Below are positions 49,707 to 59,843 of a DNA stretch of 64,000 nt, piece by piece. Source of the stretch: Candidatus Oxydemutator sp. (GTDB lineage Bacteria; Pseudomonadota; Gammaproteobacteria; Poriferisulfidales; Oxydemutatoraceae); the NCBI GenBank assembly GCA_965203445.1, contig OZ241883.1, forward strand, positions 1 through 64,000, given 5' to 3'. A program made the position numbers and the translations under genes. The notes below the pieces were generated by a model. It made no database searches and was not told the origin of the DNA. It saw only the letters and a program-made list of their open reading frames with translations. The first letter of the stretch is position 1, and every line of letters starts with the position of its first letter.

Positions 49707-50612
49707 TCAGGCTGCAACAGCCGACTCCTTCTCTCGGCAATAATACATTGCCTCCCACTCCGCCGGGGGACGGTAGCCTATCGAACTCAACAAACGACGA
49801 TTGTTGTACCAGTCCACCCATTTCAGCGTCTCGCATTCCAGCGATGACTTCCCGTTCCACGTACCCAGACGCCGGATCAATTCGCTCTTGTAGAGACCTA
49901 TCACCGTCTCCGCCAGGGCATTGTCATACGAGTCTCCTACGCGACCTACCGACTGCGTTATACCGGCACGCAACAGACGCTCGTTGTAGTCCATAGACAG
50001 ATACGGGCTGCCGCGGTCGCTGTGATGGATCAGCCCCTTGCCTACCTCGCGCGAACACAAGGCCTGCTCCAAGGCGTCCAACACCAGCCGCGTGTCCATA
50101 AAGGACGACACGCTCCAGCCCACTATGCGCCGCGCATAGGCGTCTATCACAAACGCCGCATACATCACACCGCTCGACGTCCTCACATACGTCGCGTCCG
50201 ATACCCACAACTGGTTCGGACGCGGCGCCTGAAAGTTGCGCTTCACCTCATCCCGGTACTCAGAGCCCTGCGCCGCGGCGCTGTCCGTCGTTTGCCACCG
50301 GCGCCCGCGAACCACGCCCTGCATACCCGCCCTTCTCATCAAACGCTCCACCGTGCAGCGCGCCGCCGCTATCTCTTCACGCTCCAACTGGTGCCACACC
50401 TTGCGCGCACCATACGTCTCATGACTCCCTTCCCATATGCGCGCTATCTCCATAGACAGCGCCGCGTCCGTGTGCCAGCGACGACAGCGCAGTCTCGGAT
50501 CGCGCTCCTGCGCCTTGTGCGCATAGTAGGTGGATGGGGCTATCGGCAACACCTTGCACATAGGCTCGACCCCATACACTTCCTTGTTCTCGTCTATAAA
50601 ACGCACCATCAC
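49707..50612 (-). CDS. IS3 transposase OrfB (rve DDE)
   Basis: YGARKVW, WVSDATY, HHSDRG, DNALAE; T-run near 50642-50648 is the likely -1 frameshift site. Confidence 0.9.
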   Translation of the reverse strand: MMVRFIDENKEVYGVEPMCKVLPIAPSTYYAHKAQERDPRLRCRRWHTDAALSMEIARIWEGSHETYGARKVWHQLEREEIAAARCTVERLMRRAGMQGVVRGRRWQTTDSAAAQGSEYRDEVKRNFQAPRPNQLWVSDATYVRTSSGVMYAAFVIDAYARRIVGWSVSSFMDTRLVLDALEQALCSREVGKGLIHHSDRGSPYLSMDYNERLLRAGITQSVGRVGDSYDNALAETVIGLYKSELIRRLGTWNGKSSLECETLKWVDWYNNRRLLSSIGYRPPAEWEAMYYCREKESAVAA

Positions 50613-50929
50613 TTCGCTTCGCGGTCGAGCTCCGCCTGGGCAAAAAAAGCCGTCGCCTTGCGCAGAATCTCGTTCGTGCGACGCAACGCAGCATTCTCCC
50701 TTTGCAGTCTCTTGCACTCCTGGGCTCGCTGCTCGTTGCTCATGCCCGGCGTCGCCGCCGCCTGCTCCGCTCGACGTACCCACCTGCGCAGTGTCTCCGA
50801 ACCGCAGCCGAACATAGCGGCCACCGATTCGATGGCTTTCCATTGCGATGGATGCTCCTGTTGGTTCTCAAGAACCATCTGGACGGCGCGTTCACGCACC
50901 TCCGGCGTATATTGGTTAAGGTGTTTCAT
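50609..50929 (-). CDS. IS3 OrfA
   Basis: YTPEVRERAV, ETLRRWVR, LRRTNEILRKATAFFAQAELDR. Confidence 0.9.
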   Translation of the reverse strand: MKHLNQYTPEVRERAVQMVLENQQEHPSQWKAIESVAAMFGCGSETLRRWVRRAEQAAATPGMSNEQRAQECKRLQRENAALRRTNEILRKATAFFAQAELDREAK

Positions 50930-51146
50930 ACCCCTATTCTCCCTCATTTAGAGGTCTCCGAAAAACACGGGGCGGTTCAGTTCAGTTGGGGTGAGGGTAC
51001 AAAGAGCCAGCATTAGCCTCCCACAAAAACATCATCCCATCAGGAAAAAATCATTCGTCGGCTATACGCTGCCGTTTGTCTGATGATTTGTGCTATGCTT
51101 CGGGACGTGCGTTACAACATCCTTTTCATCTTGAAAAGGAGTAACA

Positions 51147-51695
51147 ATGATGGCTGAAAGAACCAACATGATAGACAGCGTCCGCAACCTGCAACAAAGC
51201 GGCATGAACCGAAAGCAGGCCGAGGCCCTGACAAAACTGATGCGCGCTTCGATTGCCGAGGCGATTGCCGAAGCCGTCCAGCACTTGGCGACCAAAGCCG
51301 AGGTGGCCGATCTCAGGCAGAATATGGCGACCAAAGCGGAGTTGGCCGAGCTTAGGCAGTATACCAAAGCGGAATTGGCCGAACTGAGAGCGCAAGTTGA
51401 CGCGCAGCATATGGAGATCAGGGCGGAGTTGGCCGAGCTCAGGCAGTATACCAAAGCAGAGTTGGCCGAACTGAGAGCGCACGTTGACGCGCAGCATATG
51501 GAGATCAGGACCGAATTGGACAAACTCAAAGCCGCCCACGACGCGCAAGTGGAGCATAACGACTCGCAAATAGCGCTTCTTAAAGCTGAACTTATCGAGA
51601 AGATGAGTGAGAACCTGAAGTATATTGCGTTTTCCGTGGGCTTTTCGACGATTGCCATCATCGCGGCGTTTTTCATCGCGCGCTTCGCCACCTGA
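51147..51695 (+). CDS. DUF1640-like coiled-coil membrane protein (long copy)
   Basis: Same as 49133-49594 plus one extra 29-aa repeat. Confidence 0.72.
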   Translation: MMAERTNMIDSVRNLQQSGMNRKQAEALTKLMRASIAEAIAEAVQHLATKAEVADLRQNMATKAELAELRQYTKAELAELRAQVDAQHMEIRAELAELRQYTKAELAELRAHVDAQHMEIRTELDKLKAAHDAQVEHNDSQIALLKAELIEKMSENLKYIAFSVGFSTIAIIAAFFIARFAT

Positions 51696-51929
51696 AGAAG
51701 CGGCGGCTGCAAGCCGCCTCTTTATCTCCCTCCGAGAGAGGGCCTCCCCATGCTCCCTCTTCCCCTATGGAGAGGGTTGTTCGCAGGCCCATAATGTAAT
51801 CCTCTCCCCCTAGGAGAGGATGGGCGGCTTCCATGAGGGCCGTTCAGGGCCGTTGCATAACTTGGCACCCTCACCCGGCCTTCGGCAACCTGACCTCGCC
51901 GCCCCGCCCCCTTGTTCTATAATGCTGCA

Positions 51930-54293
51930 ATGCCATTGAACGAAGCGGATACGCGGGCCAAGCTGATTGACCCCGCCCTGCACCGGCGCGGCTGGTCGGA
52001 GGACATGATCCGCCGCGAGACGACGGCGGGGGCAATCGAGATTATCGGCGTCAGGGGAAGGCGCCGCAACCGCAAGAAAAGCGATTACGTCCTGCGGCTG
52101 AAAATCGCGGAAGGCCGCCAGCCGGTCGCGGTCGCGCTGATCGAGGCGAAAAAAGAGGACCTGCCGCCGGCACACGGGCTTGAGCAGGCCAAAAACTACA
52201 GCAGGCGCCTGAACGTCCCGTTCGTGTTTTCCGCCAACGGCCATCAGTTTGTCGAATACGACGCCTTCACCGGAAAAACCAGCAGGCCGCGCAAGATGGA
52301 GAAATTCCCCAAGCCGGAAGACCTGCGCCATCGCTACGAGGAAGCCCAGGGGTTCGGCCTGGAAGACCCAATCGCCAAACCGCTGTTGACACCCTACCAC
52401 CGCGGCGAGGGCACCAGACGCTATTACCAGGACGCATCCATCCGCGCCGCATTAGAGAAAATCGCGCGTTGCGAGAACGCGGGCGAACAAAAACGCATCC
52501 TGCTGAGTCTCGCCACCGGCACCGGCAAGACCTTCATCGCCGTGCACCTGCTGAAGCGTATCGCCGACGCCGGCCAGCTGAAACGCGCGCTGTTTCTCTG
52601 CGACCGCGACGAGTTGCGCACCCAGGCCCACGCCGCCTTTGCCAATGCTTTCGGTTCCGATGCGGCCATCGTCTCGCGCGACGCCGACGGCAAAAACGCG
52701 GCCCGCAACGCCCGCGTGCACGTCGCCACCTATCAGACCCTCGGCGTGGAAAACGAAGACGACGACGCCAGTTTTCTGACCGAACACTACCCGGAAAACC
52801 ATTTCAGCCACGTCATCATTGACGAGTGCCACCGCTCGGCCTGGAACAAGTGGTCGCAGGTGCTGCGGCGCAATCCGGACGCCGTGCACGTCGGGCTGAC
52901 CGCGACCCCGAGAAAAATCACCGCCACCGGCGGCGATACGGCGGAGGATCGAAAGATCACCGCCAACAACCTCGAGTATTTCGGCGAACCGACCTACGAG
53001 TACGGCATCGGCCAAGGCATGGAAGACGGCTATCTCGCCGCCTGGCAGATACGCAAGGACAGAGTCGACATAGACGAAACCGGCGTCACCCAGGAACAAA
53101 TCATGGTGCGTGAACCCCGCGACGCCACGACCGGGAAACCTGCCACCGCCGGGCAGGTCAAGGAAGCGTACGAAAAGCACGGCTATGAAAGAATCCTGAT
53201 GCTCCCCGACCGCGTGCAGGTGATGTGCGAAGACCTCTTTGCGGTGCTGCTGGAAAGCGGCGACCCGGAACAAAAGACCATCATATTCTGCGTGCGCGAC
53301 CGGCACGCCGACGACGTGGCGGGCAGGATGAACAATCTGTACGCCGACTGGTGCCGGGAAAACAACCGGAAGCTCGCCGAACCCTACGCGTTCAAGTGCA
53401 CCGCCGCCGCCGCCGGCAACGAGCAGCTGCCGGACTTCCGCAACGCATCGAGGCATCACTTCATCGCCACGACGGTGGACTTGCTGACCACCGGCGTGGA
53501 CGTTCCGTGCGTGCGCAACATCGCGTTCTTCAAATACGTCCGCTCGCCCATCAGCCTGTATCAGATGATCGGGCGCGGCACGCGCATCCACGAGGCAACC
53601 GAAAAACTGATGTTCACGGTGCACGACTACACCGACGCCACCGACCTGCTCGGCGCCGAGTTGGAGACTACCGCATCCACTTATTCGAAAACGACGCCGC
53701 CCACGGATGAGGAACGGGAAAGACCGCCGCCGATAGAGGTGGACGGCTTCGACGTGCACATCGCCGAAAGCGGCAGTTACGTGGTGGTGGAAGAAGATGG
53801 CCGCCTGGAGCGCATTTCCACGGAGGAATACCGGGAGCGGCTTGCCAGAAGCCTGGCCGAAGAAGTAAAAACCCCGGACGACCTGCGCCGACGTTGGATT
53901 GAGCCGGAGCACCGCCGGGCCTTGCTGAAAAGACTGCGGGAGAGGCACTGTTCGGCGGAAGCCTTGCAGACACTGCAAGAAATGCAGGACTACGATCTAT
54001 ACGACATTCTTGCGGACCTGGGTTTCGGCATGGCGCCCCGCACCCGCACCGAACGCGCCGAGGCCTTCGACTACAAAAATGAAAAGTGGCTGAAGAAACT
54101 GCCGCCCCAAGCCGCCGCCGTCATAAAAGCCTTTGTCCGCCAGTTTGAAAGAAACGGCACCGAGGAACTGGAAAGTCAGATGATCTTTCAGACCCCGGCC
54201 GTCAAGCAGGCAGGCGGCATAGCGGCTTTACAGGAGGCCGGCGTCCCCAAAGACCTGCTGCAAGACGCCAAAGAGCGGGTGTTCGCGCCCTGA
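51930..54293 (+). CDS. hsdR: Type I restriction subunit R (EcoEI/EcoAI-like)
   Basis: NEADTRAKLID, IEAK, ATGTGKT, DECHRS, GLTATP, QMIGRGTR. Confidence 0.9.
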   Translation: MPLNEADTRAKLIDPALHRRGWSEDMIRRETTAGAIEIIGVRGRRRNRKKSDYVLRLKIAEGRQPVAVALIEAKKEDLPPAHGLEQAKNYSRRLNVPFVFSANGHQFVEYDAFTGKTSRPRKMEKFPKPEDLRHRYEEAQGFGLEDPIAKPLLTPYHRGEGTRRYYQDASIRAALEKIARCENAGEQKRILLSLATGTGKTFIAVHLLKRIADAGQLKRALFLCDRDELRTQAHAAFANAFGSDAAIVSRDADGKNAARNARVHVATYQTLGVENEDDDASFLTEHYPENHFSHVIIDECHRSAWNKWSQVLRRNPDAVHVGLTATPRKITATGGDTAEDRKITANNLEYFGEPTYEYGIGQGMEDGYLAAWQIRKDRVDIDETGVTQEQIMVREPRDATTGKPATAGQVKEAYEKHGYERILMLPDRVQVMCEDLFAVLLESGDPEQKTIIFCVRDRHADDVAGRMNNLYADWCRENNRKLAEPYAFKCTAAAAGNEQLPDFRNASRHHFIATTVDLLTTGVDVPCVRNIAFFKYVRSPISLYQMIGRGTRIHEATEKLMFTVHDYTDATDLLGAELETTASTYSKTTPPTDEERERPPPIEVDGFDVHIAESGSYVVVEEDGRLERISTEEYRERLARSLAEEVKTPDDLRRRWIEPEHRRALLKRLRERHCSAEALQTLQEMQDYDLYDILADLGFGMAPRTRTERAEAFDYKNEKWLKKLPPQAAAVIKAFVRQFERNGTEELESQMIFQTPAVKQAGGIAALQEAGVPKDLLQDAKERVFAP

Positions 54294-54347
54294 CGGACGG
54301 GCGCATGTTCCCAGCGACGACCGTGTGCGACGCACACTCGTAACGAG

Positions 54348-55535
54348 ATGGCCAAGGCCCGGATACTCATCGAACCGGAACTCGTTGCCTGGGCGCGGGA
54401 GCGCGCCGGCCTGTCCGAAGAGGCCCTGGCAAAGAAAATGTCCGTCAAGCCCGAGCGTTTGCGCGGCTGGCAGACCGGCGATCTGCCGATGACCTTCGGG
54501 CAGATAAAAAAACTGGCGGCAAAAACCCATACGCCGCTTGGCTATCTGTTCGCCCCCAAAGCGCCCAGGGAAACCCTGCCCATCGCCGATTTTCGCACTT
54601 TCGGCGACCACGACCCGGCAAAGGCAAGGCCGAGCGGCGCGATGCTCACGACCATATACACGATGCAGCGGCGCCAGAACTGGTATCGGGATTATCTCAT
54701 GGAAGCGGGCGCCGCCCCGGTTGCGTTGGTGGGCCGGTGCGACCAGAAGCAGGGAGTGTCCAAAGCGGCCGCGGCCATTCGGCAGATATATCGAGTGGAT
54801 GAAGGCACGGGCTTGAGCGAGCACTACCCGAACAGGCAACAAGCCCTGAGAGAACTCTTCGCTGCCACCGAGGACATCGGTATTCTGACAATTCGCAACG
54901 GCGTCGTCGGCAACAATACGCGCCGCCCCCTGAACGTACGGGAGTTTCGGGGGTTCGCGCTTTGCGACCGCCACGCGCCGCTGATCTTCATCAACGGCAG
55001 GGACGCCCGCGCCGCGCAGATATTCACGCTGGCCCACGAATTAGCCCACCTCTGCATAGAGGAAAGCGGCGTCTCCAACCTGGATGCCGCAACCCTGAAA
55101 AACGCCAACGCCACCGAGCAATTCTGCAACGAGGTGGCAGCGGAACTGCTGCTCCCCCGCGCGTCTTTTCTGCACCGCTGGAACAAAAAAGCGGAACCGG
55201 AACCTCAGATCAGACGCCTTGCAGAAAGCTTCAACGTCAGTACTCAAGCCACCGCGCGGCGGGCTTGGAATAATGGACTGATCAGCCGCCAGTGGTACTG
55301 GGAGTTTCATGAAAAAGAAGCGGCAGAAAACATACCGGATAAACCCGCCAAAGGAAGAGGGAATTTCTACACAACCCATCGCTATCGCAGAAGCAACCGT
55401 TTCGCAAAGGCAGTGATAGCGTGCGCCCGGGAAGGCGCCCTGTCCTATCGTGAAGCGCACGAACTGCTGGACATAAACACAACCGCCACCTTCGAGGAAA
55501 TCGCCGGGGAACTTGGGTACGGAACGTGTTTTTAG
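54348..55535 (+). CDS. XRE HTH - ImmA/IrrE metallopeptidase fusion
   Basis: WARERAGLS HTH; EFRGFAL, FTLAHELAH, EQFCNEVAAELL. Confidence 0.88.
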   Translation: MAKARILIEPELVAWARERAGLSEEALAKKMSVKPERLRGWQTGDLPMTFGQIKKLAAKTHTPLGYLFAPKAPRETLPIADFRTFGDHDPAKARPSGAMLTTIYTMQRRQNWYRDYLMEAGAAPVALVGRCDQKQGVSKAAAAIRQIYRVDEGTGLSEHYPNRQQALRELFAATEDIGILTIRNGVVGNNTRRPLNVREFRGFALCDRHAPLIFINGRDARAAQIFTLAHELAHLCIEESGVSNLDAATLKNANATEQFCNEVAAELLLPRASFLHRWNKKAEPEPQIRRLAESFNVSTQATARRAWNNGLISRQWYWEFHEKEAAENIPDKPAKGRGNFYTTHRYRRSNRFAKAVIACAREGALSYREAHELLDINTTATFEEIAGELGYGTCF

Positions 55536-55573
55536 GGATATAATCGCCAAAAAAACGTGCCGGAATCCTTTTC

Positions 55574-57022
55574 ATGCCTGAGCAAAAATCACAAATAAAA
55601 TTTCAGCAACTGGAGATACATCCAGATGCGGATAAGCCATTTGCCGAAGACAAACTCGACAGAAAGGTACTCTGCGAGGACTTGACCAACATCATTGAAA
55701 ACGCCGCCACGCCCTATACTTTGGCGGTCAATGCCGGTTGGGGGAACGGCAAGACTGTTTTTCTCCAAATGCTACGTGCGCATTTAAGGAAACAAGGGTA
55801 TGGCTGTGTCCTCTTCGATGCCTGGCGCGCAGATTTCTATAAAGACGCCCTGCCCGCCTTAATCGGGGAGATTAAAGAACAGATTAAACCAAATCGGACT
55901 CTTAGCAATAAGGCAAAGAATCTAAGCAAAGCCCTTATCCCGCAGGATACTGTTCAAGTAATTGCATTATTAGCTAAGGCAGCTAAGTTGGTGGCAGGAG
56001 AAGCTGGTGAAGAAATTGTCAAAGCAATAAACCGATTACTACGAAAGCATGACGCTATAGAACATTATCGTACTTACCAGAAAGCCTTGAAAGATTTTAA
56101 GGACGCACTCAAAAAAGCAGCGGCTTCAAACGGCAAACCCCTGGTCATTCTGGTTGATGAGCTGGATCGCTGCCGGCCCGATTTTGCCCTCGATGTGCTG
56201 GAAAAAGTCAAGCATGTTTTTGATGTTGAATCGGTATTTTTTGTTTTCGCCTTGAATAAAGAACAATTAGAAAGAACGATCGAGAAAACATACGGTGAGA
56301 TAGGCGCCGAGCTTTATTTACGGAAGTTTTTCGACTTGACAATTCCCTTGGTGAATGTGGTGAATGAAGCCGATCTGGTAACTCACATGGTTGAGAAAAT
56401 CGGGCTGGATAAGCTTATAGAAAACAGCACTATGCGAGATAGAAAAAGTGAACTCATAAAATATCTGGGGATATTTTTCGAGATGTTTAATCATCTATCA
56501 CTAAGAGACCGGGAGCAAGTGATTGCAATAATTAATCTGTTTTTCCTTATGAAGCCATCTAATCAACATCATACTGATGAATTTTATCCCATGATGCTTG
56601 CCTACTTTCCGATCATAAAGTTGGCCAAGCCTGAGTTATTCCAGAAATCCAAAGATGGTGCTGATCGGAACAATCCGGAAGCTTTTCCCTTTGAGGAACA
56701 TTTGCAACTCTATAAAAACCAAGCCGGCTTTGAAAAAACTAAAGATATGCATGACGAACCTTACGAAAAGTATCAAGGGCTTTATTTTTATCTACACCTT
56801 ATATATTATCAAATGGATAACAGGCATAAGGAATATGTGAGAAAAAGATGTGAGGAGGGAAAACCAGAGGATCTTTGGCCTTGGTGCCGAATAATTGAGT
56901 ATCAAGGCCCCCCCTACGCAAATTGGCGTACAAAGATGGGTTATGTCAGCGCATTTATTAACAAAATTGACTCCATTGGCAAACTGGTTGCTCGTCCAGA
57001 AGAGGCAGAGAAAAATCAATAA
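55574..57022 (+). CDS. KAP-family P-loop NTPase
   Basis: AGWGNGKT, FDAW, ILVDELDRCRP, YLRKFFD; AT-rich 3' half. Confidence 0.88.
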   Translation: MPEQKSQIKFQQLEIHPDADKPFAEDKLDRKVLCEDLTNIIENAATPYTLAVNAGWGNGKTVFLQMLRAHLRKQGYGCVLFDAWRADFYKDALPALIGEIKEQIKPNRTLSNKAKNLSKALIPQDTVQVIALLAKAAKLVAGEAGEEIVKAINRLLRKHDAIEHYRTYQKALKDFKDALKKAAASNGKPLVILVDELDRCRPDFALDVLEKVKHVFDVESVFFVFALNKEQLERTIEKTYGEIGAELYLRKFFDLTIPLVNVVNEADLVTHMVEKIGLDKLIENSTMRDRKSELIKYLGIFFEMFNHLSLRDREQVIAIINLFFLMKPSNQHHTDEFYPMMLAYFPIIKLAKPELFQKSKDGADRNNPEAFPFEEHLQLYKNQAGFEKTKDMHDEPYEKYQGLYFYLHLIYYQMDNRHKEYVRKRCEEGKPEDLWPWCRIIEYQGPPYANWRTKMGYVSAFINKIDSIGKLVARPEEAEKNQ

Positions 57023-57044
57023 ACTGCCAAATAGCGATGGCAAA

Positions 57045-57614
57045 TTGCCGCAAGGCTGGCAGTGGGTGCGGCTGGGTGATGTAAGCGATATTATCTCTGG
57101 TCAATCCCCACCAGGAAATACTTATCGGAAAACACCTGAAGGGCTGCCATTTTTTCAGGGGAAAGCCGATTTTGGCCCGAGAAGTCCGAAAGCAAGGGTT
57201 TGGTGTGTGGCTCCTAAAAAGATTGCCGAGCCTGGCGATATTCTAATCTCGGTCCGAGCACCAGTAGGGCCTACTAATGTGGCAGATGTAGAGTGTTGCA
57301 TCGGTCGCGGCCTCGCAATCATCCGCTGTAAGAATGACGCAAACACAGATTTTGTTCTATCGTTCTTGAAGCTCACGGAGGAAAAAATCTCACAAATGGG
57401 ATCGGGAAGCACTTTTGGATCAATAAATCGAGAGCATCTTTTGTCTCTTCAAATTCCCCTCCCACCCCTTGATGAACAGAGGAAAATCGTTGCCGACTTG
57501 AACCAGAAAACAGCCGCCGCCGACAAAGCCCGCGTTGCGGCCGAGGCGGAACTGGAGGCCATCAATGCCCTGCCTGCGGCTTTTCTTCGTCAAGCGTTTC
57601 ACGGTACTTTATAG
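57045..57614 (+). CDS. hsdS: Half-size Type I specificity subunit (single TRD)
   Basis: LPQGWQWVRLGDV, GQSP, GDILISVRAPVG, IPLPPLDEQRKIV, LRQAFHGTL. Start uncertain (TTG 57045). Confidence 0.75.
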   Translation: MPQGWQWVRLGDVSDIISGQSPPGNTYRKTPEGLPFFQGKADFGPRSPKARVWCVAPKKIAEPGDILISVRAPVGPTNVADVECCIGRGLAIIRCKNDANTDFVLSFLKLTEEKISQMGSGSTFGSINREHLLSLQIPLPPLDEQRKIVADLNQKTAAADKARVAAEAELEAINALPAAFLRQAFHGTL

Positions 57615-57616
57615 CC

Positions 57617-59320
57617 GTGTCGAAAAAGAAGAAACAAACCAACGGGCGTCAATCGGTGGACGCCATCGTCAAGTCCATTTGCGACATCATGCGTCGCGGC
57701 AACATGGCGGGCGCCTTGCAGTATGTGCCGGAACTTACCTGGATCCTGTTTCTGCGGATTCTGGATGAAATCGAGGAACAGGAACGAACCGAGAGTGAAG
57801 CCGTAAGCGGAGACTGGTCGCCGGCCTTGGAAAAGCCATTTCGCTGGCGCGACTGGGCGGCGCCGGACGGGAAAAAACGCATTGCATTGACCGAGAGCGC
57901 GGCCGGCGACTTTCTCCAATTTGTCAACGGGGAACTTCTGTCGCACCTCAAGGGGTTGCGCGACAACGCCGGCGCCAGCGTCAAACAGAAGGTCATCAGC
58001 GAAATCCTGAGCGGCGTGGACAAGGTCGGCATGGACACCGAACGCAACTTCCTGGACGTGCTGGACAAGGTGGACGCGCTGCGCCAGGAGAGCGTGGATC
58101 CCACCCATGTTTTCACCCTGTCCCAGGTCTATGAAGGCCTGCTGCTCAAGATGGGCGAGAAAAACAACGACGGCGGCCAGTTTTTCACACCGCGCGAAGT
58201 CATCCGGGCGATGGTGCGGGTGGTGGACCCCAAACTCGATGAAACCGTGTTCGATCCGTGTTGCGGCACCGGCGGCTTTTTGGCCCAGGCCTATGAGCAT
58301 ATCTGGAACGCCAATAAACAGGCCGCGGCGACACAGCTCGAGAACTTGAAGGAGAGAACATTTTACGGGCGGGAAAAGGAAAACCTGATATACCCCGTCG
58401 CCCTGGCCAACCTGGTGCTGCACGGTATTGACCATCCGCGCATCTGGCACGGCAACACCCTGACCCGACAGGCGGATTACGACGGCCTGTTTGAGGGCGC
58501 GCCGTCATTTTTTAACGTCGTGCTGACCAATCCGCCGTTCGGCGGCAAGGAGGGTTCGGAGGCGCAGACCCGCTATGATTACCAGACCAACTCCACCCAG
58601 GTGTTGTTTTTGCAGGAAGTCGTCAAAAGCCTGAAAGAGGACGGCAGGTGCGGCATGGTGGTGGATGAAGGCCTGCTGTTTCGCACCAACGAGACCGCTT
58701 TTGTGAAAACCAAGCGCTACTTGTCGGAAGAGTGCAATTTGTGGTGCGTGTTGAGCCTGCCCGGCGGCGTGTTCACCCAGGCCGGCGCCGGAGTGAAAAC
58801 CAATCTGCTGTTTTTTACCAAGGGCGAACGCACCGGGAAGATCTGGTATTACGATCTGAGCGAGGTAAAAGTAACCAAGCGCCAGCCGCTGACCTTGTCC
58901 CACTTCGACGAGTTCTTCCGCCTGCTGCCCGAACGCGCCGAGAGCGAAAACAGCTGGACGGTGGATCTCAGGGGGCGGATTCAGGAAGCCGGCGAAGAAG
59001 CCAGGCCCTTTCGTCAGAAGGCCGGGGAAAAAGGCCGGGAGCGGACGCGGATTGAAAAGCGGCTGACCAGACTACGCCGCCAACGCGAAAACAAAGACCA
59101 GGCCGCCATCGAAGAAACACAGGCCGCCCTGAGCGCGCTGAAAAAGGAGATCAGCACACTGCAAAAACAAGCGACGGATATAGAGAACGCCGCCTACGAC
59201 TTGAAAGCGGTCAATCCGAACAAGCAACCCGAAATGGACACCCGCACGCCGGATGAACTGCTGGACATTATCGCGGCCAAGGGCCAGGAAATCAGGGAAG
59301 CATTGAAGACGCTGAGCTGA
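57617..59320 (+). CDS. hsdM: Type I methyltransferase subunit M
   Basis: GQFFTPR, DPCCGTGGFL, TNPPFGG; long charged helical insert near the C-terminus. Confidence 0.92.
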   Translation: MSKKKKQTNGRQSVDAIVKSICDIMRRGNMAGALQYVPELTWILFLRILDEIEEQERTESEAVSGDWSPALEKPFRWRDWAAPDGKKRIALTESAAGDFLQFVNGELLSHLKGLRDNAGASVKQKVISEILSGVDKVGMDTERNFLDVLDKVDALRQESVDPTHVFTLSQVYEGLLLKMGEKNNDGGQFFTPREVIRAMVRVVDPKLDETVFDPCCGTGGFLAQAYEHIWNANKQAAATQLENLKERTFYGREKENLIYPVALANLVLHGIDHPRIWHGNTLTRQADYDGLFEGAPSFFNVVLTNPPFGGKEGSEAQTRYDYQTNSTQVLFLQEVVKSLKEDGRCGMVVDEGLLFRTNETAFVKTKRYLSEECNLWCVLSLPGGVFTQAGAGVKTNLLFFTKGERTGKIWYYDLSEVKVTKRQPLTLSHFDEFFRLLPERAESENSWTVDLRGRIQEAGEEARPFRQKAGEKGRERTRIEKRLTRLRRQRENKDQAAIEETQAALSALKKEISTLQKQATDIENAAYDLKAVNPNKQPEMDTRTPDELLDIIAAKGQEIREALKTLS

Positions 59321-59447
59321 CAACAGTGTTTCCTGATTTAATCAGAGCCGTTGCATAACTTGGCACCCTCACCCGGCCTACGGCCACCCTCTCCCAGAGG
59401 GAGAGGGTTTGATTTTCAGCTCTGCAAACCCCCTCTTGTCCGCCGCC

Positions 59448-59843
59448 TCAGAGTGGCGCGATAACTTTGCATTTGACGCCGGCGGCACGGTTGATCTTTT
59501 TGTCGAGCGTCGCCAGCGGACGACTGAGCGCCTCGGCCAGCGCCACGTACCAGGCGTCGTAACTGGTCAGATTGGCCCGCAACTCCCAGATGCGTCCGGC
59601 AAACGGCGCAAAGGGAAATAGTTCGATGTCCAGTTGCAGAAGGTTTCGGTACGCGCTGGTCGCCTCAAGCGATGATACGTCACCGGCGCGCTCCAGCCGA
59701 CGCAGAACGTTGCCAGTCTCGACCAGCACCAGTTCGGGGGCGGCCAAAGAACTTTCGGCAAGTACCGATTCCGCCCACTCCCCCTCACGCCCGCAGTCAA
59801 CCAACGCCGCGACCAGAAAGGACGCATCGGCGACGACTGTCAC
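59448..59843 (-). CDS. vapC: PIN-domain toxin (VapC family)
   Basis: VVADAS, APEL..VE, NLTSYDAWYVALAE, LATLD. Confidence 0.88.
   Translation of the reverse strand: MTVVADASFLVAALVDCGREGEWAESVLAESSLAAPELVLVETGNVLRRLERAGDVSSLEATSAYRNLLQLDIELFPFAPFAGRIWELRANLTSYDAWYVALAEALSRPLATLDKKINRAAGVKCKVIAPL

Larger units (their letters stand above)
49668..50979 (-). mobile_element. IS3-family insertion sequence
   Basis: TG...CA ends: tgaactgccccgacttttccggagac and gtctccgaaaaacacggggcggttca; orfA/orfB. Confidence 0.92.
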
